From Amoebophrya sp. A120 (Eukaryota > Protista > Dinoflagellata): 64,000 nt of DNA. The notes under the pieces were generated by a model. The model was not told the DNA's origin, ran no database searches, and saw only the letters and a program-made list of their open reading frames with translations. Positions 35,867-47,676 of this stretch are shown one piece after another. The stretch covers positions 930,001 through 994,000 of the forward strand of contig CAJINV010000020.1 in NCBI GenBank assembly GCA_905178155.1, given 5' to 3'. Position 1 is the stretch's first letter, and the number at the start of each line of letters is the position of its first letter. Made by a program: the position numbers and the translations under genes.

Positions 35867-38400
35867 TCAATCCTTTATTTCCGAAGTAGAGCAAAATAAA
35901 CATGCGCAGCAAGAATCTTCATTCTCCGTTGTACCTTCAGGCAGGCTTCCCGAAAGTTCTGGCACCCGACTTTGCTCTGCATCCAGCAGCGGGTCGAGCA
36001 GGGGGCGCAGTATGGCGCTCTCAAACGTTACACTCTCAACTGTTACATGAATTTGTGACGCAAAAGCCGCAACAGTCAAAGGCGCAAGCTTGCTGCGTTT
36101 GCATCACAGGTTTGGCACGGATTTCGATGCTGTTTAGATATTCGGAAATTTGTCATGCGAAGCAGCTTGGTCATCTACCGGTGCTCAGGGTAGTTTTGCA
36201 TGACAAATTCATGTAACAGTTCAGAATGTAACGTTGGAGCACGCCATACGCAGCCTCGCCAGGGTGCGCGCCAGAAACACCTGCAGCTCGGGATTCTTAT
36301 TTTCCACGCCGATACTGGTGACGTAGGACCCCTGCGCGTAGGGGGACGGAGCTGGTGCTGGTGCTGCTGACGCGGCCTCCCCCGAAGCAGCTGCGATGTG
36401 TGCTGGTGTAGAAGTTACTCCGGCAGCTACCCGGGTAGGCGGCGCAAACGAGAACGACCCCTGCGCGGAGCTGGAAGAGCTGGCAGCTCCAGATAATGCA
36501 GAAGACGAAGAGGCTGATAAACTGGCAGGATATCAAAACGAAAAACGTGGTTGATCTTTGATCCCCCCGCCTCCTCATGCAGCTCGGTCTCGGAATATAC
36601 GAATTAGAAAATTTTAGCAGGTGGTGGGGGACGAGATAGATGCAAATATTTATCACTTTGATATACCACGACCTGTATCAACTGCAAAAATATGTCTGGG
36701 TCTGGAAACTTGTAATGCTGCGTTGGGAATAGTGGATGCTCTGTGATGCACAGGCAAGCATGAGAAATATCTGCGCTTCTTTGTGTTGCGTCTTTCGCAT
36801 GACAAACTGCGTTTTTGCATGACAGGCAAAAGGGTCTCTTCTTGGACACGCATCACAAACTTTTTGGTCATGCCAGACAAGCATGACAATTCTCGCAATC
36901 TTCCAGACCCAGACATTCTTGCATTTGATAACCTGCTTCAGTACCACGCCGACCACGCAGGAGACGCGACCCAGAAGCGGGCAGACTTGAAGATTCCGCT
37001 GGCGCCGTTCTTCCTCCAGTCGAAGTGGTCGCAGGCCGCCCGTTCACGGTAACGGGCTGGCTCTTGAGGACGTGCAGCATCGTCTGCACCCCCTTCAAAA
37101 ATTTATAGTGTCCAACTGGAAGCCCGGCGATCAACCATAAAGTTGAGCGACCTATCCGGTGTAAAAACGTCCCCAGCACCCCATAGTCAAGATGGGGATT
37201 TTGCAACACAAACCTAGGAGTCTCGGGAGTCGCGCATGACAAGTTGCACTCCGTAGTGTAGTGCAGGTTAGCAAGTGCAGCCGCATCACAGACCCATCTG
37301 CTCATCCTGTTCTCAGCACCACAAATTCCAAAACACGATTGGAAATGTCTACCATGGGTATGCGCATCATAAATGTCTTTGTCATTGCAAATCTGCATGA
37401 CAACTCTGGAGTGGGGACGTTTTTCCTCAGGATACGACCGCGACTGTACTCATCTATCGTACGAAAAAAGTGTTTCACTGTAAGGATTTTGCAAGTTCTG
37501 CATCACAAGTTTGCTCTACATCACAGAGAAAATTTGCCATGCTAGATTCCTAAGGGAAAAGACAGCTAAAAATCCATTGTCTTGCATGTGTAGCAAGACA
37601 AACACTTCTCAGATACAGTTTCTGCATTACAAGTTCACAGTGAAACAGTTTTTTCTTGTGATATCATCCGCGTCGAGCGCATACACCTTGCTTTCCGGGG
37701 ACAAACGCGGTGGCTGGGACTTATGAAATACAAACATGTCTGGGTCTGGAACAGTGGAACTTGTGATGCGTGTCTTGCATTTCTGTAAAATCTGTGTTGC
37801 ACGAGGAGCAAAGGAGAAGCTTCCTTTGTCATGCAAAAACGCAATTTGTGCTGCGTGCTAGGCATAAGCAGGCGCCTCAAAAACTTGTCATGCTTGGCTG
37901 CGAAGATTGCAAGCGCTTCAATCATGCTCAATTCAGCATCACAGGCTTCCAGACCCAGACATAGTTGCAATGCATAGGACTTCAGCTGGGACAGAAAGCG
38001 GGCGTAAATTTCACGCGGCATGGAGGTGGCAAATACGGCAGGTATGCATTGCAAAAGTTGTATTGCACTGGTACTATCTGTATCTAATCGCACTATAATT
38101 GCATGACAAATCCTAATCCTGCTCCCTACTTGAATCTGCGTGACAAGTTGCATTTTTCTTCTTGCAATAAAAATTTGTCATGCGACTCCTACTATACTAA
38201 AACCAAATACGATAAATTACTTTTGCAATGCATAGCAAGCGACCAGACGCGAAACCGGAAGTGGAATTCTCTGGCGACGGGCTCCGGCCATTTCCGGGTG
38301 TGGACCTGTTTTGTTAAATGGAAGGAGCAGGCACGATAACGAAGCCGAAGGCGCAGCTGGGCAGCACGAGTTTAATGTTCTCATATTTATCATCAGAACC
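35867..38400 (-). CDS. Hypothetical protein, 7 introners, micro-exons, 5' end unresolved
   Basis: Spliced frame ...VWSLAVFATSMPREIYARFLSQLKSQPPRL...DADEYSRGRSTLWLIAG...ARLRPLLDP...EIKD*. Confidence 0.7.
36011..36248. mobile_element. Introner family F
   Basis: TIR, DR cgcag. Confidence 0.92.
36531..36663. mobile_element. Highly decayed introner (TATCAAA..TTTGATA)
   Basis: Only short TIR left, DR lost, but removal plus 5 nt restores frame. Confidence 0.6.
36676..36930. mobile_element. Introner family A
   Basis: TIR, DR acctg. Confidence 0.92.
37153..37434. mobile_element. Introner family G
   Basis: TIR, DR cgacc. Confidence 0.9.
37455..37663. mobile_element. Introner family H
   Basis: TIR, DR tcatc. 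Confidence 0.9.
37722..37976. mobile_element. Introner family A
   Basis: TIR, DR ggact. Confidence 0.9.
38043..38234. mobile_element. Introner family B
   Basis: TIR, DR gcagg/gcaag. Confidence 0.88.
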
Positions 38401-38580
38401 ACAACAGAAAGAGAACAAACTGGTGAAGGAGGTTTGTGATGCAGTGGAGGTCTACTTCAGACGAGTCACGCGACGTTCTTGACGACGTTGCCTTGCCTGT
38501 AAAAAGTAGTCGTACTTCTAGAAAAAAAAAAGTAAAACAGTAGATCGATGATCAAAAGCTGCAGCGACTAACTAGCCTTC

Positions 38581-40365
38581 CTACAACTTCTGCTGTTTCA
38601 ATACCGCGATGGCTTCCCAAAACGAGCCCATGAGGTTCTGCACACCGGCGTAGTAGGCTCCCACTTCGTCATCTAAACCGCGTTCCCGGGCCATTACGTC
38701 GCCCATGGAGAAGTCGGGAGACTCGTGGTGGCGACGAACAGCGTCCTTGCAGCTTTCGACGGAATCCCCGAGTTCCTGCTGAAAGCGGTTGTGCCACACC
38801 ATATGCATCTGGGACATGCGGTGGTCCAACAGCGACGCGCGCTGCTCCGGCGCTTGCCGGTTGCGTTCATCACTCACCTCGCGGACCAGGGCCGGCGTGT
38901 ATGGGAGTGTCAGGATTGAAATCGTCAAAGTTGAGATAGTTTGTCATGCATAAAATGGACGATGCCAGAACCCAGTTTCCAAGTAGCGCGTGACAAATCT
39001 TGGCGGTCCCTAAATCTAGTTTGTCATGCTGTTCAGGCAAAGAAGACTGATTTTCTCATGCTACTTTAGCAGCTCGAGCTTTAACCCCAAAGAGGCTCAC
39101 AATCGGCCTCACTTGCCTGCTCTGCAACGCCCGTGCCTCGTCGCGTCACGCATTTTATGCTTATGCATGACAAATTATTTCAACTTTGACAATTTCAATC
39201 CTAACAGATCCATAGCGTGGCTCCAGGTTGTGGCTCTTCGGCAGTCCCGGTCGTGTGCGGCCGGGAGCTATCCTGTGCAAAAGTATCGTACTCGTAGTAA
39301 AAACTGCAATCATGCATTACAAATTTTTATCTCAAGGCAAATCCGCATGACAAATTTTATTTTTCATGCTGAGGGAATTTGTCATGCATTTCTACGAGTA
39401 CGATACTTTTGCAATGCATAGGAGCTGCGGCTGCGAGACCGGGGCCGGGAAGTAGTGGAGCGCTCGTCTCCACCACCTGCGCGCGCGGCGGGCCGAGTTA
39501 CCTGGAAATCGAAAGAGCCTTGTGCACGAACCTGCGCCCAACCATTCGGCAGGGGATCGAAAGTAGCGCGAAAAGGGGCCGCACCGGAACTACGGGCTCC
39601 ATGATTCGCGGACACGCTCGCGTCCAGATAGGGCTCGTCAGCGGAACTACGAGCTCCATGATTCGCGGACACGCTCGCGTCCAGATAGGGCTCGTCAGCG
39701 GAATATCCAGGAAAAAACACCCATCCCCATCCAATTTGTCATGCAAAACGTGCATAAATTCCACTATTTTTCATGCAAAAAATGGATGGGGATGGGTGTT
39801 TTTTCCTGGATACGGAACCGGAAGTGGTGGTCACTACACCAGATTGAGATTCTTGAGCGGCGCCGGAGGCCGAGGCACCTCGCTGTTCGTGTTCCTGAGC
39901 CTGAGCCTGGTGCGGCGTACTAGAAAATGTCCCCCCGCGGCGGTTACTGCGGGAGCGAGAACGTCCCGCCGCGCGAGGCTGTTGATGATCCTCAACCGCT
40001 CCACCTCGTCCCGCAGATGAGGTATCTCCCGTCGTGCCTCCTTGCAGCTCCGACGCCAGCGCAAAAGTCGTGGGGTAGTAGTACCACGATAGCTCGTTCT
40101 TGTGCTCCTTGAATGGAATCAGGTTCAAAAATCCACCGCAAGACACGGCCCCCGCTCCGGCCACCAGTGCCGCGAATTTTTTCATCACCCGGGGATTGGA
40201 GCGTCTGGCTTCTGTCTCCTTCTTCTTCATCTTCACACCGGCACAAGCGGGGGAGCGAATAATACGCTCGGTTCCCCGGCTGCTCCCTTCTTTATCTTTG
40301 TGTTTGTCCTCGACATGGTTCCCCAAAAAAATGGGCAGGTCGAAGGTTTTGATCTTTTCAAGCAT
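38581..40365 (-). CDS. Hypothetical, possibly secreted protein, 3 introners (alternative ATG at 40185: MKKFAALVAGAGAV)
   Basis: ORF pieces 39739-40365, 39382-39720 and 38581-38928 separated by introners. Confidence 0.7.
38900..39214. mobile_element. Introner family D
   Basis: TIR, DR gcgtg. Confidence 0.92.
39269..39420. mobile_element. Introner family B
   Basis: TIR, DR ggagc. Confidence 0.92.
39585..39703. repeat. 57-bp in-frame tandem duplication abutting an introner
   Basis: SADEPYLDASVSANHGARS x2, cggaa at 39585, 39642 and 39699. Confidence 0.92.
39704..39812. mobile_element. Introner family C
   Basis: Near-perfect TIR, DR cggaa. Confidence 0.93.
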
Positions 40366-42172
40366 TTTTTTGCTTTTTGTGGATCAGCTGGTCGTGAGAA
40401 CCGTGTTGATCTTTCTCAACAGCTAGGTCGTAAAAATATCGACAGAATGGTCGCCGAAAGAGGAAAAACAAAAATTTTAATGGGCCCGTCGTGCAACGAG
40501 GAAGAATTTAAGAATTTGTATTTTTATTATTTTGGAAAATGTTTACTTCCTTGTTTCGGTAATGTATGTATGCAAAACACCGGCTCAATGTCGGGACGAC
40601 ACCGATCGGCGATAATGATAATGAATCGTAAAATGAAATTTTTGCAGTTCTAGATTTCTCCAAAACGGCTGCGACTATATTTGAGTTGAAGCTCCTGCAG
40701 AGTTTTCTGTTATCTCACAAAAAACCCTTCTTCGTCTGCTGCTAGGGTTTATTCAAAAATGAATGCTGATACTAGGCAAGTTGTGATAAGCTTTTCGAAG
40801 AATGATAGAAATGTAGATGCTGTATAATTTCTAACCTCATCTACACCGCAATTAGCCTGTTGGGAAGCAGGGGACTCGAAAATATAAATATAGTCCACGA
40901 CTTCTTTCACGATTTGCACCGTTCACGATTTGGTCTTGGTGATGAAGTACATGCAGTCACGAAAGTGCGAGTTCATCCGCGGTGCCAGTGACCACAACGA
41001 CAACAGCAGCAGCTGGTTGTCCCTTGCTGCGTGCGGCGACGACTCGTATGTTCTTGTTCTAGAAATTGAAGTAGCCACCTCCGCCAGCGAAAGGAGCTTT
41101 GTTTGTCGTCCAATAGAATACTTTGACAGATTCAGTACATGACTCAGTCAGACAGCAGACTGCGGCTAAACAATTTGTTACCGCCAAGAAATAACGCTGC
41201 AGGATCATACGTACTCTTTTTATCACGACTTCTGGCTCAGATCTTGAAGTTCAACAAATTCGTTCGACTTCGTGTACCACAACCATCAAAGTGGCTACTT
41301 TTTTCAAAGTAGCCACCTCCGCCAGACGAGGCACGACTGCGGGAAAGGTATGGATCTTTGATGTCGCTAACGAAATCAGAAAGGGACTTTCTCTCCCTGT
41401 TTCTCTCTCTACTTCTTGCAGAATCAGTGTAGTAAGCACGAGTGTTGATACACTGTCTTGATGTTCAAATTCAATCTATCATGGCTGCACTGCGGCCAGA
41501 GGGATCTTTGTCGTGTCTTTGCTACTTCCATCTATCTTGCGTGCTGATGTTCAACTACAACAGATTCGATATAGCCGTGCTGATCTTCAACTTCTTCGAC
41601 AGATTGGATATACTGCGCAACACGTCGCGTCACTTCATTGGATCTTGTTGACAAAGGACTGCAGTAGACAAGCCAAAGGCAAAGCCTCGCAGCTGGTAGC
41701 GAAAATGATTGGTCAGTTGTCAAAACATTCTTTCAGTGCGGTTCGTTGTAGCAGGTTGTCGTGGTCGTTGTTCTCAGCGCCAGCTCTGGTTATTCATTGT
41801 TCAAATTCAGACACTGACACATTCAAACACTCACCCAAATGTGAAGAGAGACAGATGCTGATAAGTCCACTGCGCTCATCATCATCATACGCTGCGGTGG
41901 GCCTTTTGCTTTTCTGAACTTCGCATTGCGAAATTCATGTGGGAGAGCGATAACTTTCACCACGGGCACCGCGGAAATCTTACTTACTTTGTACGGCACA
42001 ACAAGTCCCGCCGCGGCCCAAAAAAATGCTACTTGGTAGAAGAACAAATTAATACAACAACACGATGGAAGCCAGCTCACACAAGCACATCGATTATGTT
42101 CTGCTCAGATGTCGTGTCACAGTCTCGTCTTCATAGTCAAATTGAAATGAGGTCGTGATGAAGTCGCACTCG

Positions 42173-45100
42173 TCAGGACGACCAGCAGCGTGGTTTGTCT
42201 TGTTCACCTTCGTTTGTCCTCCTACCAGTGAAACAGTTCCTCGCGAACTGTGAAAGTGGCTTGGCCCGCAACCTCCAGCTGACACGCGACGTCACGTTCG
42301 AAATCATAGCCTCAGGGCCGCAGAGACAAATGAGAACTTTTCTTTGCTTATTTCCCATGCTGTTGAAGGCCACATTGTTTGAGCTAGTCGTAGTCGCTGC
42401 AGTCGTGGCCCTCTCCTGTGATGTTCCTTCAACATGATCTTGAGTCTCTAGGAACATCGCCTGCCAATCTTCGGCAGTAGGTCGGCCTGCACAGAACTGC
42501 ACACGATTACTTGTCCGATAAAGTTGAGGCACGCCGGAGTGCGGGAAGGCTGCAAGAACTTCGGACTCGTGCACACTTCTACAGCGTCCGCTGGCCGCCT
42601 CTTGCTGTGGTCCTGTACGAGCTGCACCAGTCTGGTACACGTACAACTTCGGCACTGTCTCCAACTGTGGGTGCCACGCGTTCAGCTTGCGCCATGCGTC
42701 CTCTTCCAACGGCTCCCTGGTCAGCCAAATGAGGCTCAGATTTTGCTGTTTAAGTAGTAGGAGATCAACATCCACGGAACAACTGCGAGAAAAACTGGCA
42801 CAACTACTCCGGTTAATATTCGCAAAACGTTCCAAGCAGCTCAGCATGGGCGTAATGCCTAGCCCGCCGGCGATCAGAACCACCGAATCGAACTTGGAGC
42901 TGGTGTTGCAGTCAGGAGCGCTGGCTTCGGTAGGATGAAAAAGACCACTCGGGCTCTCATCTCTGACACGGGGCAACATCAAATTTCCGTAGTACCCCCC
43001 TGCTACTAAAACATCCCTGCCCTCTTGGAGCAGGTTACGCCGAGTCCACGTGTTATCGACATCTCTCACAACTGTAGTTGCAGACGTGGTTCTCCCGCCG
43101 CTGCTGAAGGTCATAGAAGCGCCAACTGTTGAGCTCTCCGGTTCATCTTTCACCAGAAGGGACAAAGTTTCTCGAACCAGTTGGATGTTGCGAGAAGCAG
43201 GAGCTTCATCGTCGACGGCTGGCGCCGAGGCGGCGGGGCCATCTTGTTTTGTATTCTCCGGGCGAAGAGCACCTTCGGCAGCAGCACAATGCTCTACTTT
43301 CCGCTGCTGCTCTTGATCTTGTCCTTGTGTGGCCGCTGGGCCGCGGCTTTCCTCTAGTACTCTCGAGGTCTGTAATATTTGTGTGCGCGAAATACCGCAC
43401 ACAGAAAATGGATGGGCGACGTCTGTTGTCGGGATCGACAGGCGGCCGCGGGCGGGCCGGCCATCTCCAGTTGGGGCAGCACTCCGCACCATCACGAAGC
43501 CACCGGGAGGAACGGCAATGAAGTTTTCATTTCCTTCCCCTAGAACTTCGACTTCCCGCGATAGCAAAACTCGCACCATGTGACTTCCATCCGAGAGCCG
43601 CGCCACCTCCCGTACCCGAAACCGGACTTCCGGTTTACTTCTCTTCAGAAAACACCGCCACGCAAGCAGAGCGAAGCAAACCATGGCCACCGAGAGGGTG
43701 TGGGCCGCCAGAAAAATCAGGATCAGCGTCCAGCTGGCTCGGTGGATATCAAAAGGAAAAATCCCCCCTCCCCATATCAAAACAGAACTCCTAATGCTGG
43801 ATCTGTGTACACGAACCAGCTCTGTATTGCAGGAAAGCATTGCGGCCAGATCCCCAGGCTAGGTAGGGGCGGACGGGTCTAGTTGTTCAGCATTGCAAAC
43901 GGCTGCCCTGTAGGCCCAACAGCATCGCGAATCGCTTCCATCATGGGGCGGAAGCTTATGCCCTTGTCTTCTTGCAAGACAAAAGTGATTTGTGACCTCA
44001 AATCAGCAACACAAATTTTCGGGAGTATACCTTTTCAATATGGGGAGGGGGGATTTTTCCCTTTGATAGTGGAGCAGCAGAAACCAGCGGTACACGCCGT
44101 GCCGGCGGCGAAACCAGCCTATGGCGCTCTCAACTGTTACATTCTCAACTGTTACATGAATTTGTGATGCAAGACATGCAAAAGTGAAAGGGGGGAGGCT
44201 GCACCTGTAGCATGACAAGTTCTGCACAGATGTAGATGCTGTTTAGCCCTTCGCAAGTTTGTCATGCGAAGCAGCTTTCTCGTGTGGATCTTGATGGTAG
44301 TTCCGCATGACAAATTCACGTAACAGTTGAGAATGAGTGTAACAGTTGAGAACTCCATACAGCCCAAAACACCGTTGCAGAGAATGACGAACAGAGCCAG
44401 AGCGCCAAATCCGTGACCCAGGGACCACGGGGTGGGGGTAAAATCAGTGAGTGTGGAGATTATCGCCGTCGTGGCGGAGTCGAAGAATGCTGGCACTCGT
44501 GGGGAAGATGAATCACCGGGTTGAGCGAGTGGGTTAACATGATCCTGCGGAGTTTTAATATGGGTTAGGGGAGAAAAATCTTGCCATCTCTACAAAAATT
44601 TTGTACCACCAGAACACGCGAAAAAAAAAGGCTGTTTTTTGGGGCTTTAAACTTTTTATTTTTTTAGGCAGTCAGCGAGCGCGCACAGCCAGCCCGAATC
44701 GATTGGGCCCGCATGGGCGGCCGTGGTCTGTGACTGCTTCGATTGTCGGGGCGTCTTTTAGTCTTGCTCCACATGTGCTGGCCGTGCAAGGGCAGGGAAT
44801 CTCTGCGGTGAGCGCGCAGCCCATGGCAAGGCTTAAGGGCCTCTGCCCCTCGCCAGTGGCGATGGCGCCTACGAGTGGCCAAGGCGAGAGTGCTGGAAAG
44901 AACAAGAAAGCTCTTCCAGATTTCGCCCTGCCCGGCCCCGAAGGGGGGTGGCTGGGGGGGTCGTTTTTGGGGGTACTTCAAATCGCCTGTTTCTAGGGGG
45001 GGGAAGGGGGTCGCTTTTGGGGGTCGTTTTTGGGGGTGGGTTCTGGGGCTCTCGTTGTTGGCAAGTGTGAGCTCCGGGGCCAGACGCTTTCCTCCAGGTC

Positions 45101-47063
45101 GGCTGGGCCACAACAGGTCTGGACCTGATGCGCCCGCCGGGCTGCATCGGGCCTGGAGCCGGGCCAACTTCCTGGCCGCCTTTGGCACCTAGGAAACACG
45201 GGAGGACGAGCGCACGGCGGCGCCGGTCGCTCCTTCCCAATGGCTTCCGGCCGAAGCTCCTACTATGTGAAACGCGACAGCCGCCAGCCAAATTTGCCGG
45301 GGCTGTGGGGCCCGGAAGCGGGCCGCCAAATAGGTTGGGACCCCAAAAAACAACCTTGTTTTTGCGCGTGTTCTGGTGGTACAAAATTTTTGTAGAGATG
45401 GCAAGATTTTTCTCCCCTAATGGGAAGGCAGGCTATTTCTCTGCGATATGAGTCTTCCAGTAGTAAATCTTCTGGCTGTAGTTGGCGACATCAAGGATAA
45501 TTTCATCACACCCGATGCGTTCGCGTCGTCTGCGCCACCACTCGTGGGCGAGGACGACGTGCCCACAAAGTTATTTCTTTTCACACTAAACAAGATTTCC
45601 GCCGGTAAGAGCTGGCAAGCGGCGTGCGCGATTCCCGCGGCAATCCCGAGCGACGCGCTGCGGCGGTGGAGCAAAATGGCCTGGGGGTATGTGAAAAGCG
45701 GGAAGAGGAGCGGATCTCGGTAGTAGCGACTTTGCTGGTCGGCGTCCAAGTCCCGACGTGGACCGTGCGACGAGTTTCCTTCTGAAAGAGTTGGCACGCG
45801 TTCTTGCACAACATGCAGTTCTGTTCTTGCAGCAGTCTCCCGCCATATCACTGACTTCATCTCGTCCGCGCTATCTTCGTAGTCCAACAGGGTCGGCGCC
45901 ACCGCAATCAGGAAGCACAGCAGGCTGACCTGGCCCGTGACCGCGCCGAGAAAATCCTGCATGTTTCGGTCAAACAAGCAAAATTCGCGGAGCAGGGTCA
46001 GGGGTTGCACACCGAAAACGCACACGACGAAGAGCACACTCGTCAGACCCCAAAAGGACGGTATGTACTTGAGACGTAGTTGCGACTTCCAGTGAGCACA
46101 GGCAAGGCGGTGTGGCAATAGCGAACAGGAACATGTGCGACGACGTCTGCCGCGGAGACACTTGTTGAAGAGATTATCGCATATGGATCGCTCCCTTGTT
46201 CTGGAAGATCTTGAGCCCTCGAGCGGCAACTGTCCTTCTAATGGTGTCTCCACATCTCTCTCTACTTCAGGGAGTAGTCCTCGTCCACCTGGGCCCGGCC
46301 CCGGTTGTCCTCGTTCCTGATTGGATTTTTTTCGCCGGACTCCCGAAGCCAGAGTTCGCGTCCGACGCGCAAGCCCAATGAAAACGAAGAGCAGAAATGC
46401 TAGATTTTTCAGATCAAAAAACCCTCCGCCCAGCGTTGCCCAGCGCACGTAAATCGCCCCGGTCACCCAATCGGTGCAGTCACTTCCGTAATCCGCGCAA
46501 GGGCAGTCCAAAACGCAGCAAGAGCCAATAGGCAAAGTTTCCGAGTGTGCACTGCTGCAACAGGGATCGCATTTGCGCTCGGACAACCCGCAACACAGAA
46601 TGCCCGTCCCCAGAGGACCCGGGTTTGTCCGCAGATCGCTGGTGTCGCTAAAGCAGTCCTTCGGACACGGAACACAGCCGGAGGCGTAGCACCGTGCCTG
46701 CTTGAAATCCGAACACGGGCAGTGGTGGTTTCGGTGCGGCTGGAGGTAATCCTGGTACTGTCCGCAATCGATGCAGCAATCGTCGCCGAGACAGGGGGGC
46801 CAGGAAACGCTGACTGCGGCATCCTGGTCCTGCGGTGCAAAAGGAAAATCATTCGAGCGTGGTTCTTGCAATGCAACATCATGTCCGGAGGACGGCAGGC
46901 GACACTTTGTTCTTCGGCTGCTCGTATGTGCCTTTGACGAAGATGCCGAACCGCCGACAATACTGGCATCGATGTGTGCATGTGATTTGACACCTAGTAA
47001 GCACCATTCTCCGCAAATGGGCAACGAACTTTGACACGAGGAAGAGTTCGAAGGTAGCACCAT
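42173..47063 (-). CDS. Ferric reductase/NADPH-oxidase family flavocytochrome with Cys-rich N-terminus
   Basis: LHRR..AH and FRRRHGVYRWFLLLH (haem His), HPFS (FAD), LIAGGLGITP and LCGP (NADPH). Two introners plus an 856-bp TIR element. Confidence 0.85.
43747..44068. mobile_element. Introner family E
   Basis: TIR, DR gtgga. Confidence 0.92.
44120..44359. mobile_element. Introner family F
   Basis: TIR, DR cagcc. Confidence 0.92.
44565..45420. mobile_element. 856-bp TIR element (TTAGGGG...CCCCTAA), 4-bp TSD, inside coding exon
   Basis: 56-bp perfect TIR, TSD tggg, excision gives NSLPSH|IKTPQ..VPAFFD in frame. Confidence 0.92.
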
Positions 47064-47676
47064 GGAAATGGGGATCCTCGTGCATTATCGATTTATTTTG
47101 TCGTAGTTCTACGAGATTGATTTCCTATCAGGCACAGGCTGGGGCCACCAGTACGAGGAATAAGTACAAAGCGCGCCTTGCAGAGGACTGAACCTTCACC
47201 ACAAGTAGCGGGCATCATTCAGGCCATGTGACTGAAAACACAATGATCACGCCTGGTCTCATTACATTTGAACAACCGCCAAGAACCATATCCTCAACAA
47301 GGTGGTACTGTGTCAAGCGAAACTATCTCGTGAAGTACTGTTCACTTGCGTCGTCCGCTCCTGGCTGCAATTCCGTTTTGCAGAAAAGGAAAACAGCTGT
47401 CTGTTCTTTGCACATGCAAGAAATCGTATTCCAGTAAACCACCTCGAGTTCTTCTTCCAGGGGCTTCAACAACTACTCGTCCAACTACGTACAAACTACT
47501 TGTTACAACCTTCGGTACAATACTGGGGGTGTAGGACTACTAGGAATAGAAATGTATAAAAAAAGACAAGAAGCTGTATGGTCGCAATCACAATCAGAAA
47601 AAACAAAAAGTCATGAGTCCTCTGCCGTTGGAACCTGATATTTTTACGAAATCCATTTTCGTTCTTTCATATGCCG

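Noticed and set aside
41069-41326. 19-bp direct repeat aagtagccacctccgccag
   Set aside because: Isolated, with no TIRs or other supporting structure.
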